A stretch of 64,000 bases of DNA from Octopus bimaculoides (lineage: Eukaryota). How positions within the stretch are numbered: the stretch's first letter is position 1; the number at the start of each line of letters is the position of its first letter. Location: NCBI RefSeq assembly GCF_001194135.2, contig NC_068981.1:173522036-173586035 (forward strand), read 5' to 3'. The notes beneath the pieces are model-generated. The model had not been told where the DNA came from and did not search any database. It was given only the letters and a program-made list of their open reading frames with translations. Both the position numbers and the translations under genes were made by a program. Of the stretch, positions 51,827 through 63,536 are shown piece after piece.

Positions 51827-52200
51827 CCAACATAAGTGTTTTCTTTCTTCCATTCTGGCAATTCGTTTTAATTGCGACTTGCTTCAGTTCTGCTCCCTCT
51901 TGTCTGGAAGCCCAATTATCCTTCAATTCAACCATACCACTTTCTGCGAATATACACACGCATACATACTTACATACATGCATGTATTTCTGTATGCATG
52001 CATGTATTTATGTATGCATGCATGCATGCATGTATGTATATATGTATATATGTATGTATGTAGGTAGGTAGGAACATAGGTAGGTGGGTAGTTAGGTCTG
52101 TAGGAAGGTACGTACGTATGTATGCAGGTAGGTAGGTAGCATGGTACGTACGTACGTATGTGTGTATGTATGTATGTATATTAGTAGGAAGATACGTACG

Positions 52201-52237
<37 letters not shown>

Positions 52238-52666
52238 GTGTGTGTGTGTGTGTGAAAGCGTATACGGCATAACAGAGTTAGAAGTAAACCACAGAAAATA
52301 CTATTTGGAATTTGGTTACGTCCCTTTACATGTTCAGTTCAAAATAACTACCCAATTTCTATGTTTATCATCATTCCGAGATTTAAAAGACGAACACGAG
52401 TTGATGAAATCTGGCGTGTTTTTGAACGCGATTCCCCATCACGATTGCAATACAATGACCGAAACGTGTACACACACATACATACAGGGGGGGGGGGTTA
52501 ATGTCAGCTAGTAAGTGAGAGAGGGTGAGCGATGGGCAGTGATGAAAAAAGTGAGGGGTGGCTTAGTGCAGTGAATAGGAGTGGAAATGAGAATGATAGA
52601 TGAAAAGTTCGAGTATAAAAGAGGTGCAGCAGATAGACATTAACAGGTACAAAATGAGCGAAAGGT

Positions 52667-52721
<55 letters not shown>

Positions 52722-52731
52722 TTTCATATTT

Positions 52732-53058
52732 TATCTTTTACTTGTTTCAGCATCAGACTGCGGCCATCTAGGGGCACCGTCTTAGAGAATTTTTTCATCG
52801 AATGTATTCACCCCAGTACTTATTCTATCGATCTCTATTACCGAGCCGCCAAGTCACAGGGACGTAAAAACACCAGCACTGTTGTCAAACAGTGGTGGAG
52901 GTGGACAAAAACACACACACACACACGATGGACTACTTTCAATTTCCATCTATCAGATCCACACGCAAGGCTTTGGTCGGCCCAAGTCTTATAGTAGAAG
53001 ACATTTGCCCAAAGTGCCACACAGTGGGATTGAACCCTGAACCATGTGGTTGGGCCAC
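52732..53058 (-). mobile_element. SINE family A, diverged, CpG-retaining
   Basis: Family match from the CTTTTACTTGTTTCAG tail to AACCATGTGGTTGG. Confidence 0.8.
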
Positions 53059-54786
53059 TATCTTAATATACATTTTATCATATTTGTATAAGAGAGCAGA
53101 TCTTTTCTAAAGGTGACATCTTGAGATGCATTGTAGGCATAAGCTCGAAACAACAAAGATTCTTCCATTCTTAATGAGCATCAAACTAGTGCCCCTTGTT
53201 GTTCCCTCAATTGTCTCTGCTTTTTGTATAATTTTGAACTATGTGTGTGTGTGTGTGTGTGTATGTATTGAGAGAGAGAGAGAGAGAGATGCATTCATAT
53301 GTATGAATTTCTATTTTCCTCCCTTATGTTGTTTTAACTTCATTTCATCTCTGATCAGCACAACCATAATTGAGAAACGTTCCACCCATGAATATCTTGT
53401 CTCTATAGGAATATGTAAGACTACATTAGCTAATGTGTCCTTTCTTTTTTAAATGGTAGAGTGTTATTTGAGGGAAACATAACTGCCATTTCCAGCAAGT
53501 CGAATAAATACATGGAGGTGGATCCCTTGTTGGCTTAATCTGAGAATAAATGAGTGCTGGGAGTGTGCTAGGGATTAAGATAGGGTAAAGTCTGTATTAT
53601 GTTGCCAACAATTTAGTCAAAGGAGACTTTCAAGAAAATTAATAAATTTGATTACTATAAAGAGTGGAAAGCTCTACTAAGAGCTTTTAGAGTGCTCAAT
53701 GCATCCCTAGGTGGGGGTGAACTCTGTTGTTGCACTTCCACATCATGTCAATGTGGGTGTTCTTTTGGGACATGGGGCAGGGTGGATATGACCTTAGTCA
53801 TGATTAACGTGGCATGGATGCAAACAACTGGCATGATATCAAGACTAGCTCTCAGTATCCATTTTTGAGAGGAGTTACAAACTAGGTGAGTTGAGCCTGG
53901 AGTGTCATAAAACTGCCTAGGAGAGGGAAGCTCTGATTTCACATCCCCAGCAAGTGAAGCTTGTGAATATGGACAGCACTGCAATTATCAAATGAAGGAA
54001 AACCAGACATAAAACCAATTCTCCTTCAGGTCTTGAAAATTGGGCATTGGGCTAATCCCCTAATCCCGGAAAAAAAAAAAAAGTCTGATTCCAGAATCTT
54101 CAAACATTCAGAAGCATCCACAATGTCTTGGAGAGAGCAGTTCCTAGCCTGGAAAGAGAAGGAAGAACAGCACACTTAATTGAAAGTTGAGAGGAAGCTC
54201 AGGGGCTGATTACATCGCTGCATGGTTTCTTGAAAGAAGGAGTAAGTGCAGAAAACCCAAGAACAGCTGGAGTTGGCTTGTGGATGGGGAATGTGGAATC
54301 AAGTGCAAACCACAGTCTTCATCAAGATCAAAATGCATATAAGAGAACCTGTATGCAGTCAGTTGACTAACCTAAGATAGCAGGAAAAAGTTTCTTTTAC
54401 ATCATAACCCTAATATCTCACAAAAACAGAAAAGAAAGAAAGAAAAGTAGAGCACATCGCATAGTGTGTTGTAATGCATTCTATCTAAGGTGCATTGTGA
54501 GTGTGGGAGGGAGATAAGTTGGCTTTGACTGCAATGGATTTGATAGATTCATTCAACTTGTTCTGACTCGAAGGCTCTACTACTACTACTACCACCACCA
54601 CCACCACCACCACCACCACCACCACCACTACTACTATCAAATGGACAAGTAAAAACTTTGTTTTATATATCCAGGACTAGCCAATGCTATTCAATTCAAA
54701 CACTATTCTATATTCTCTATATTTTCTAAGCAAACAATCCTTTTTGTTAATAAAGAAACTGCTGCTGGAGGGCAAAAGCCTTTCTA

Positions 54787-56004
54787 CAAGTGGTGGGCTG
54801 AGAAGTTCATAAGCTGACTATGAAGGAGTGATGCTAGAGTTGTGAAATCTTGCAAGCATTCATTTCATCTCTTCTTAATTAATAATAACTGCATTGTTTC
54901 TTTCCAGGTAAACTGACTTCTGACTGTTCAAAGAAGACTTCAAAAGTAAATAGTAGAGACTTCTCTTGAAAATGGACAAAATTTGGCATCATAGTGTTAT
55001 CAAGTACCTACAAAAAAAGAGTTTACCCCCCAACGATATTCATGCTGGCATGGTTGCTACATTAGGAGATGATGCTCCAGCTTTATCAACAGTGGGCAGA
55101 TGAATTTAGGAGGGGAAAGGAGAAAGGAGGGTCTTAAAGAAGACCCAAGTTCTGGACTTCCTGACCACCAAAGAAAACATTTATTGTGTTCACCACAGGT
55201 ACTCACCTGTGGTGAACACAATCAATGCTATTAGTATATCCTGTGGGAGAGTGGAGAATATTCTGCACAATTAACTTGGCATGAGAGATGTTTGGTGGAT
55301 GAAATGTCTTCTAATACTTGACCAAAAGTTCACCAAGCTGATCACATCATGGGAAAATCTAACATTGTTTGAGGCAGATACAGGATGAGTGTTGGGTTCA
55401 TCCCTTCAAGCTAGAGACAAAGAGACAATCCATGCAGCAGAAACACTTCTCTTCACCTGCTCCAAAGAAGACCAATGTTGTTTTGTTTGGGCTCAGTTTT
55501 TTTTGGATGCAAAAAGCATTGAGTTTATTGACTGTCTTCTAAAGGGCCACATCATCAATGGAGCTTACTATGCTAACCTGCTGAGGAAAGGTTTTCAAGA
55601 CCAAACACCCAGGAAAACAGACAAAATAGATGTTGTTTCATCAAGACAATGCTCCAGTACACAGGTCGTTGGTTTCAATGGCTGTTGTGCATGATTATGG
55701 CTTTAAACTGGTTGATTAGCCTCCCTATTCTCCTGATCTGGCCCCATCTGACTATCATCTGTTCCCCAATATGAAAGAAACTTGACTAAGAACCAGTATC
55801 ACAGTGATGATGACATCATATCTACTGCTGATGACTTTGTGACCAACAAGATTAAAGCTTCTTCAGCAATGGGATCTAAGTGCTGTGACACCAATGGAAG
55901 AAGTGTGTGAACCATAAGGTGGACTATTTTGAAAGTTAAACCTCATTTGATCACATTCCATGAGAGTATCTTGATCAGCCTATGAACTTTTCAGCTGACC
56001 CTTG
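54787..56004 (+). mobile_element. Near full-length dead mariner (DD34D-type) transposon, 1218 bp, TA TSD
   Basis: TIRs TA|CAAGTGGTGGGCTGAGAAGTTCATAAGCTGA and TCAGCCTATGAACTTTTCAGCTGACCCTTG|TA; ATG at 54972 (MDKIWHHSVIKYLQKK); PPYSPDLAPSDYHLF at 55720-55764; many frameshifts and stops. Confidence 0.92.
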
Positions 56005-56179
56005 TAACAATTTACTAAATCCGTGATTAGGACAATTAATTCTTTACATAAAAAAAATTGGATCCATCAGTTAGAGAAAAAGTTTGAAACAGGATCAATT
56101 ACTATTGATTCTATCAATTAACTGGAAATGTCTTTAAATGCTTTCATTAATCCTTCATCTGTAAAATTAAATTTTATGC

Positions 56180-56526
56180 CCAGCGTCGCCTTCCTGGCAC
56201 TTGTGCCGGTGGCACGTGTAAAGACATTCGAGTGAGATCGTTGCCAGTGCCGCTGGACTGGCTCCTGTGCAGGTGGCACGTAAAATACACCATTTTGAGC
56301 GTGGCCATTGCCAGTACCGCCTGACTGGCCTTCACGCCGGTGGCATGTAAAAGCACCCACTACACTCTCGGAGTGGTTGGCGTTAGGAAGGGCATCCAGC
56401 TGTAGAAACTCTGCCAAATCAGATTGGAGCTTGGTGTAGCCATCTGGTTCACCAGTCCTCAGTTAAATCGTCCAACCCATGCTAGCATGGAAAGTGGACG
56501 TTAAACGATGATGATGATGATGATGA
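56180..56526 (+). mobile_element. Young RTE 3' end with three internal modules
   Basis: Repeated GGTGGCA(C/T)GT modules, then the common terminal block and (GAT)n. Confidence 0.85.
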
Positions 56527-57042
56527 TTCCAGTAATCATGATAAATATCTACCAAAAAGTAGAATTGGTATTTTCTGCAATCATGTTGCCTCAATAAACT
56601 TGACACATCTTAACAGAAAACTGTTTCAATCAAAAAAAAAAGATAGATTGGTGCATAAAGCTGCTCTCCACAATTAAGGATGATATAATTTTGAGTGGAT
56701 ATATCTGCTTCTCATGGTGGAAGGGTTTATTTTTGTTTCAAATTAGTACCACAAACATATGACAAAGATAAAAAGCAACAGCTGCAGAAATAAATGATAT
56801 AAATAATATAAAAAAAAACGTCAATTAGCCTTAGATTGTAGTTTTAATTAGCTGCTACTGCAAACATTTGTTAATTAGTTAATTAGCAACTTGATAGTCT
56901 TCCTATTGAAGAGTTTACATATGTTTATAAGTATGTATGTATGTGTGTGTATGTATGTATGTATGTATGTATGGACATACATACAGATGTATACGTGTAT
57001 GTGTGTGTATGTGCGTGTGTACATGATGTATATGTATGTATG

Positions 57043-57250
57043 TGGGGGAGTGCTGAAAGTTCCCAATTTTAAGAGTATCACGAAAGGCCTGGTTGGAGGT
57101 CCAACCTTCTGAGTTCTTTTACAGGCCTTAGAAAATCTGAAGGGCCAGTGCAAGGAGTGTGTGAATAAGAGAGGGGGGTATGTTAAATAAAATCATAATT
57201 AACTGATCCTCCTGTATTTTCTTGTACCCAAAGCCAGGAACTTGTCAGCA
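57043..57250 (-). mobile_element. Mariner-like MITE, second copy
   Basis: GGGGGAGTGCTGAAAGTTCC ... AAAGCCAGGAACTTGTCAGCA; interior is rc of 28022-28222. Confidence 0.7.
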
Positions 57251-57350
57251 TACATGCATATATATGTGTGTATATCTATCTATTTATCTGTCTGTCTGTC
57301 TGTCTGTCTGTCTATATATATATGTATGTATGAGTGTGTGTGTGTATATA

Positions 57351-57379
<29 letters not shown>

Positions 57380-57381
<2 letters not shown>

Positions 57382-57735
57382 TGGGCCTCACGGAGGCAAT
57401 AACCGAGACATTTGGCATTATGTTGTGCTTGAGAAGAAGCTCTATCAAGCTGAGTAAAATTGCAGTTGTGGCAGATACCAGTGTCACGCAAATTGGCACC
57501 CATGCTGGTGGCACGTAAATGCACCCTGGTGTCACACAAATGACACCTGTGCCAGTGGCACGTAAAAGCACCCATTACACTCTTGGAGTGGTTGGCATTA
57601 GGAAGGGCATCCAGCCATAGAAAACCATCCTAAATCAGACTGGAGTCTGGTGCAGCCTTCCAGTGAACTAGCCCAGTCAAACTGTCAAATCCATGCCAGC
57701 ATGGACAACAGATGTTAAATGATGATGATGATGAT
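57380..57735 (+). mobile_element. 5'-truncated RTE: last codons of the ORF plus 3' UTR
   Basis: RDIWHYVVLEKKLYQAE* directly followed by the modular UTR and (GAT)n tail. Confidence 0.75.
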
Positions 57736-59112
57736 ATATGTATGTACGTATGTAGTACATCCCTACATACATACATACATACATACATACATAAAGATAA
57801 ATTTCCAAATTTGGTTTTTCTAACCAGCAGAGTTGAAAGGGTCAAAATTTAGATTATTTTTAGGAATACTAACACCACATGTATGAAAAATTTTGGTTGG
57901 ACTTGTTTTGAATCTCTCTCATCTATATGTATGCCATATTCACTGGTTTGTAAACAACTGCTTCGTTAATGGTGCTATTTGCTTGTAGTCCACTATGAAA
58001 GCACGTCAGGGCTGTTAACTGGGAGATATTATCTCACTTGGAAGCAAGTGGGGATTTATGACAGGAAGAGCATGCATCTAGCTGCAGGAAAAACTCCACT
58101 CCATCATGCTCCCATCTGATCCATATAAGCATGGAAAAGTAGATGTTAAAATAATGATGGTGGTGGTGACAATGATGATGACGACGATGACGACAATGTC
58201 AACGACAAAGACAATGATGACAATGAGGATAAAGATGAAGATAATGATAGTCATTGGGTAAAAGCAACAAAAATCTATATGGTAAATTCATGTCTCCTAG
58301 TAGATAAAACCAATTAGTGAAGTCAATGAATTCAATAAACAGAAGACCCAATGGTTGAGGTGGGTTTAATTAAGGTTTGGTCTCTTATTTTAATAGTTGG
58401 GAATTGTATTCTAAATAAAGAACTAAATTCCAGGTTTACTTACCTAAGACACTACAGTTACAAAATAAAAAGCACAATTCACTGTTGGAGTTCCGAAGAT
58501 AAAAAAACCCTAAAACTAGAGATTACTAATAACTTTATAGTCTGTATGTTATTAACAAGACTTGATTAGTTCCTCCCACAAAATAGTGAATATTCCGGCT
58601 GACGTACAAAAGTCAACTGACCATTATTAAAATACTTGAATAAAGTCAGGAACTAGGCCATATATATTAAGTTTCTATTTTCTCAGCTACCATACAGTCT
58701 GAAACAGAAATTAGTTTGTGTGCATTTGATATTAGTTTTATGCTAAGTTTCACAATCTCTGACCATCACTCATGATAACTGTGTTTTTATAACATTGTCT
58801 TAAGATTGTATCCTAATGGAGGGAATTTCTACTTAGGTAAAGAAACTATTTTTAGTCTGAATAGCTAATGACATCTTACAATGCAAAGAGGTACCTTGCT
58901 ATCCCAACTCTGTGTCTCACCCTAAAAGAAAATTCACAACAGATTCTTTTCTCAGTTCTTCCTTTTTAGAACTATAAACCTTTCATTACTTACTCCAGCA
59001 GTGTTATCTGATATATTCCTTATTGATATACTCAGAGGCTCTAATTTACATGTATAGTAAATTGAAAAGGTGCATGTTATACTTATACCTTGCATTATAG
59101 ATATTGCTTATT

Positions 59113-59564
59113 AAGGTGGTGAACTACCTGAGTTGTTAGTATGTTGGGTAAAATGCTTAGCAGTATTTTGTCTGTCTTTATATCCTGAGTTCAAATTCTG
59201 CCGAGGTTGACTTTGCCTTTCATTCTTTCAGGGTCAATAAAATAAGTACTTGTCAAGTACTAGGGTTGATGTAATCAACTATTCCCCCACCTTCCTGTAA
59301 ATTTCAGGCTTTGTGCCTGTAACAGAAAGGATTATAGATATTGTTTATTGAAGGTGGTGAACTGGCAGAATCATTAGCACACCAGACAGCATGCTTAGTG
59401 GCATTTCTTCCAGGATACAGTTCTGAGTTCAAAATCTGCTAAAGTCAACTTTGTCTTTCATACTTTCAAGGTCAATAAAGCAAATACCAGTTGAGCACTG
59501 GGGTCAGTGTAATCTACCAATCCCTCCCCACAAATTTTCAGGCCTTATACCTTTAGTAGAATGG
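59113..59564 (+). mobile_element. Two tandem SINE family B copies (59113-59330, 59351-59564) bracketed by three copies of one target sequence; family C remnant follows at approx 59585-59790 (-)
   Basis: ATTATAGATATTG(C/T)(T/A)TATT at 59094-59112, 59331-59349 and 59565-59583. Confidence 0.85.
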
Positions 59565-61154
59565 ATTATAGATATTGTATATTGCTATTGTTTAACCCAA
59601 GGTCAGTGCTCATTGAGTAGACCTATGATCAAGAGTGTTCCATCTAAGGCCATCTTGCCTTTTCAAGTGTAGCTCAGAATACATTTTCTAATGTATACCA
59701 GTTCAAAATAGTAGACTATAATTTGAGGGAGATTTGGCTGCTATTTCTAGCAGGTAGAGTGAATGCATGGAGGCTGCCTCAATAGCTCATTGATATTGCT
59801 TGTTACTTATATTTCCACTTGATATCTCCTGTAAATTGCAATCTGAGAAAAATTAACTTTTGTCATTTGATTAGTACAACCAGCCACCACTTGGGAGTGA
59901 ATTATGGTTTGGTAACATATACTTTATGTTCAGTAATTGCTTTAAGTGCCTATATAGTTGTGAGCAGATACAGACGCCCTCTGGGGTCCTTCAACTTTGA
60001 CTCACTGGATCCTTCAGGGTGTAACAATGGAAGGAGAGAGGGCTACACAAGTATCCACCTGGTACTCATTACAGTTGAGAGGACTGAAGCAACATGATAT
60101 GAAGTGCCTTACTCAAGGACACAAGGAGTTGCCTTGTCCAAGAATTGAACCCACTACCTTATGAGCATGAGTGGAACATCCCAACCTCTAGGCCATGTGC
60201 CCTTTCTGTCATATGATTTTAATCAGTTTTACTCTTGTAGCAGAGATATTTCATTCATGCTTTTCAGCTATCACCCTTGTCTTCAGTGCTGTTACCTCAT
60301 CATATTGCAATAGTCATTCCAATCATTATTTTTTAATTTTACATTTGTTGCTTCATCATAGTGTAAATTAGTTAAATTTTCCAACAATATATCCTTTTAA
60401 AATCCTTTCTTTCTAATATTCTTTGAACTGTAATTTTCTCAACTGGAGCTAATGATTATTAATTAAAAGCTTTTTAATGTTTTTAAAAATTATACTCGTG
60501 TCAGGAAAAAAGAATAGAACTAAAACTTACATAATTTCAAATAAATTTGGATTACTCATAGATAAAATATGCTATTTATATAAATATTAATTGATGTAAT
60601 TGACTTAAATAAATATGACAACTTATGTGATAATGATTGCATGATAGAATTTCTGAAATGGATATTCTTATTTTACTGGTTAAATAAACAATGCTTTTGA
60701 TTGTATCCAATCTGACCCAGACAGCTGATGAATATTTGAGTAAGTATTTACTGTATTTAATACTACTAATAAATACACTTGAAAGTGTGTGTGTGTGTTT
60801 GTGTGTGTGCGCGCGCGTGTGTGCTTGTGTGCACGTGTGTGCTTGTGTGAGTACTTATAATATGAAACTTAAGTCATTCTTTCCCTTAGGAAGTATTGAA
60901 CATTTTATTTCCACTTCTTCCTCCTTATAATCATGATCATCTTCATTGTCTTGATTACCAACACAATTATTCCTTCCACTCCTTGTCTACTGTCTCACTC
61001 ATTCCTGTATTTAACCTCCTTAAACTACTCTTAATATCTGTCTGATCATCAAGTTGAGAATTACGAGCAATTTCCTTAAATTTTCTAAGTAATTGAGCTA
61101 GAAACACAAACTACACAGCAAGATTAACTGATACTAGAAAAAGAAGAGAAATGG

Positions 61155-61222
61155 TAATTTATTAACCCTATTACTGTGCATTTCACATTAATTTATTAAC
61201 CCTATTACTGTGCATTTCACAT
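61155..61222 (+). repeat. Perfect 34 bp tandem duplication
   Basis: TAATTTATTAACCCTATTACTGTGCATTTCACAT at 61155-61188 and 61189-61222. Confidence 0.9.
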
Positions 61223-61225
61223 TTT

Positions 61226-62098
61226 TGTTACGACCTGGTGGTCATAACCCAAATTTACACAACCAACAAGAATGGGGTGAACCCAAAACAACAACACACC
61301 ATGAAATTTTTTGTAAAATATTATTAACAATTGTCAGCATGAAACAACAGCCTAGATACAAAAACAAATATATGCAAGAACAAAAAAACCAATGCCACAC
61401 CAGACGTGCAATCAAAATATTTACAAAGGTAACATATATATACAGTTCAGAAATTTGGACTCAGAATCCTGGCTTCACCAACTTGATTTCACAAACTTGG
61501 ATCCCTAACTCTGGATTCACAAATTTCGGTTTCACCAAAACTGGCCTCACAAATTTGGTTTTCAAAAAATACGGATTCCGAAAATTTGGATTTCATAAAA
61601 TCTGGATTTCCATTTTAGTACAAATTTGGTTTTCGAACCTTGGATTTCGAACTGTGGATTCCAAACCTTGAATTTTTCAAAACTTGGATTTTGAACCTTG
61701 GATGTTGAACCTTGGATTTCGAAGCTTGGACCCAGATGTGACATGGAAATTATTTTACATATGACAAAAGTTCTGGCAAATTCCTGGAGCATAAAATAAA
61801 TCCCTAAATGCCTAACACAAAGCACAATGTGCATAAACTAAACAGGCAATCATAGCTTCCAGAATCCAATTGAATAACTTCGTCTCACAGAAAAAACTGT
61901 CACAAAAACTGGGGGGTACAATTATCTCTGTTTATAAAGGTTTGCCAAGGTCTAGCCAATTTGTTATAGTTTCACAGTTTTGGCTAACAACACCCAGCTT
62001 CCCCCATTCTGACAATGGATTTCATCCTGACCTTACAGTGCATCATGAAAAACTGGTTACCTGTTTAACTTAACATTATAGTTTATAATTTCCTAACA
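61226..62098 (-). mobile_element. Probable solo LTR (Gypsy-like termini) with internal degenerate ~13-15 bp repeat array
   Basis: Minus strand TGTTAGG...GGTCGTAACA; TTTT on both flanks (61222-61225, 62099-62102); CTTGGATTT(C/T)GAA-type units at 61480-61735; no PBS/PPT or coding sequence seen. Confidence 0.5.
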
Positions 62099-62583
62099 TT
62101 TTATTAATTTTAACTGCAGAAATCAGTTTTATTTACCAATCTGTCTTTTGTTGAAGAATGTCATATTTGAAACTATTTTTGTTGAGATAAGTCAAGTTTA
62201 TTGAAGCAACACAATTTGTAGAAAATACCACTTCTTTTCTTGGGTAGATGTTTAACATCATTACTGGAATAATTGTGAAATTTAATATCGCAGTTAAAGG
62301 TTTGAGCAGATAAACATAAGACATTACAACATAAAGGTTGTGAAAATAGTGAAAAATAATTCACGTTGTTATAATGTTAACTAGTTTTCACATCCAGTTA
62401 GAGTTATTTCCCTTAGGCTTCTGAGGTCTTACCGTGTAATGCATAGATTAACAACTATCCATTTTCCTTACTTTGATACGTTTTGAAACTTCAAACTTCA
62501 GGAATAGAATATATTTGCAATCAGTTAGTTAAAATATGTTTGTGAAATAATTTGACACAACATAGGCAAATTCATTGCAGTTA

Positions 62584-62900
62584 CATCATCATCATCATCA
62601 TCATCGTTTAACGTCCGCTTTCAACGCTAGCATGGGTTGGACAATTTAACTGAGGACTGGTGAACCAAATAGCTACACCAGGCTCCAATCTGAACTGCCA
62701 GAGTTTCTACAGCTGGATGCCCTTCCTAACGGCCAGTCTGGCAGTACTGGCAACGGCCACGCTCAAATGGTGTTTTTTACGTGCCACCTGCACAAGAGTC
62801 AGTCCAGTGGCACTGGCAACGACCTCGCTCGAATGTTTTGTTCACGTGCCAGTAAGGCGACGCTGGTAACGATCATGCTCAAATGGTACTTTTTACGTGT
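62584..62900 (-). mobile_element. Young RTE 3' end with small internal deletion
   Basis: (CAT)n tail at 62585-62604; family match. Confidence 0.85.
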
Positions 62901-62901
62901 C

Positions 62902-62932
<31 letters not shown>

Positions 62933-63389
62933 AAGACAGAAAGAGTGTGTGTGTGTGTGTGTGTGTGTTTATACATCCAAAGAACTGAATAAATTTCGGT
63001 GATCACGACGAAGNNNNNNNNNNNNNNNNNNNNNNNNNNNNNNNNNNNNNNNNNNNNNNNNNNNNNNNNNNNNNNNNNNNNNNNNNNNNNNNNNNNNNNN
63101 NNNNNNNNNNNNNNNNNNNNNNNNNNNNNNNNNNNNNNNNNNNNNNNNNNNNNNNNNNNNNNNNNNNNNNNNNNNNNNNNNNNNNNNNNNNNNNNNNNNN
63201 NNNNNNNNNNNNNNNNNNNNNNNNNNNNNNNNNNNNNNNNNNNNNNNNNNNNNNNNNNNNNNNNNNNNNNNNNNNNNNNNNNNNNNNNNNNNNNNNNNNN
63301 NNNNNNNNNNNNNNNNNNNNNNNNNNNNNNNNNNNNNNNNNNNNNNNNNNNNNNNNNNNNNNNNNNNNNNNTTTTTTTTTTTTTTTTTT

Positions 63390-63500
63390 GAAGTCTGGTA
63401 CTTATTCTATCGGTCATTTTTGCCAAACATCTAGATTATGGGGATGTAAACACACCAATACTGGTTGACAAGCAGTGGTAGGGAACAATCACAGACTTAG
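63390..63500 (-). mobile_element. SINE family A fragment adjoining the gap
   Basis: GTACTTATTCTATCGGTCATTTTTGCC...GTAAACACACCA. Confidence 0.7.
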
Positions 63501-63536
63501 ATATAGATGTATGTGTAACCACACACACACTCACAC

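Noticed and set aside
51714-52071. Poly-His / poly-Thr-Ile / poly-Met ORFs
   Set aside because: Translations of a (CAC)n(CAT)n microsatellite with non-coding flanks; the same applies to 3712-4147 and 54585-54635
53700-54350. GC-richer stretch that might be an RTE 5' UTR (similarly 40940-41520, a purine-rich probable repeat)
   Set aside because: The resemblance is impressionistic, with no second copy or clear motif in this window
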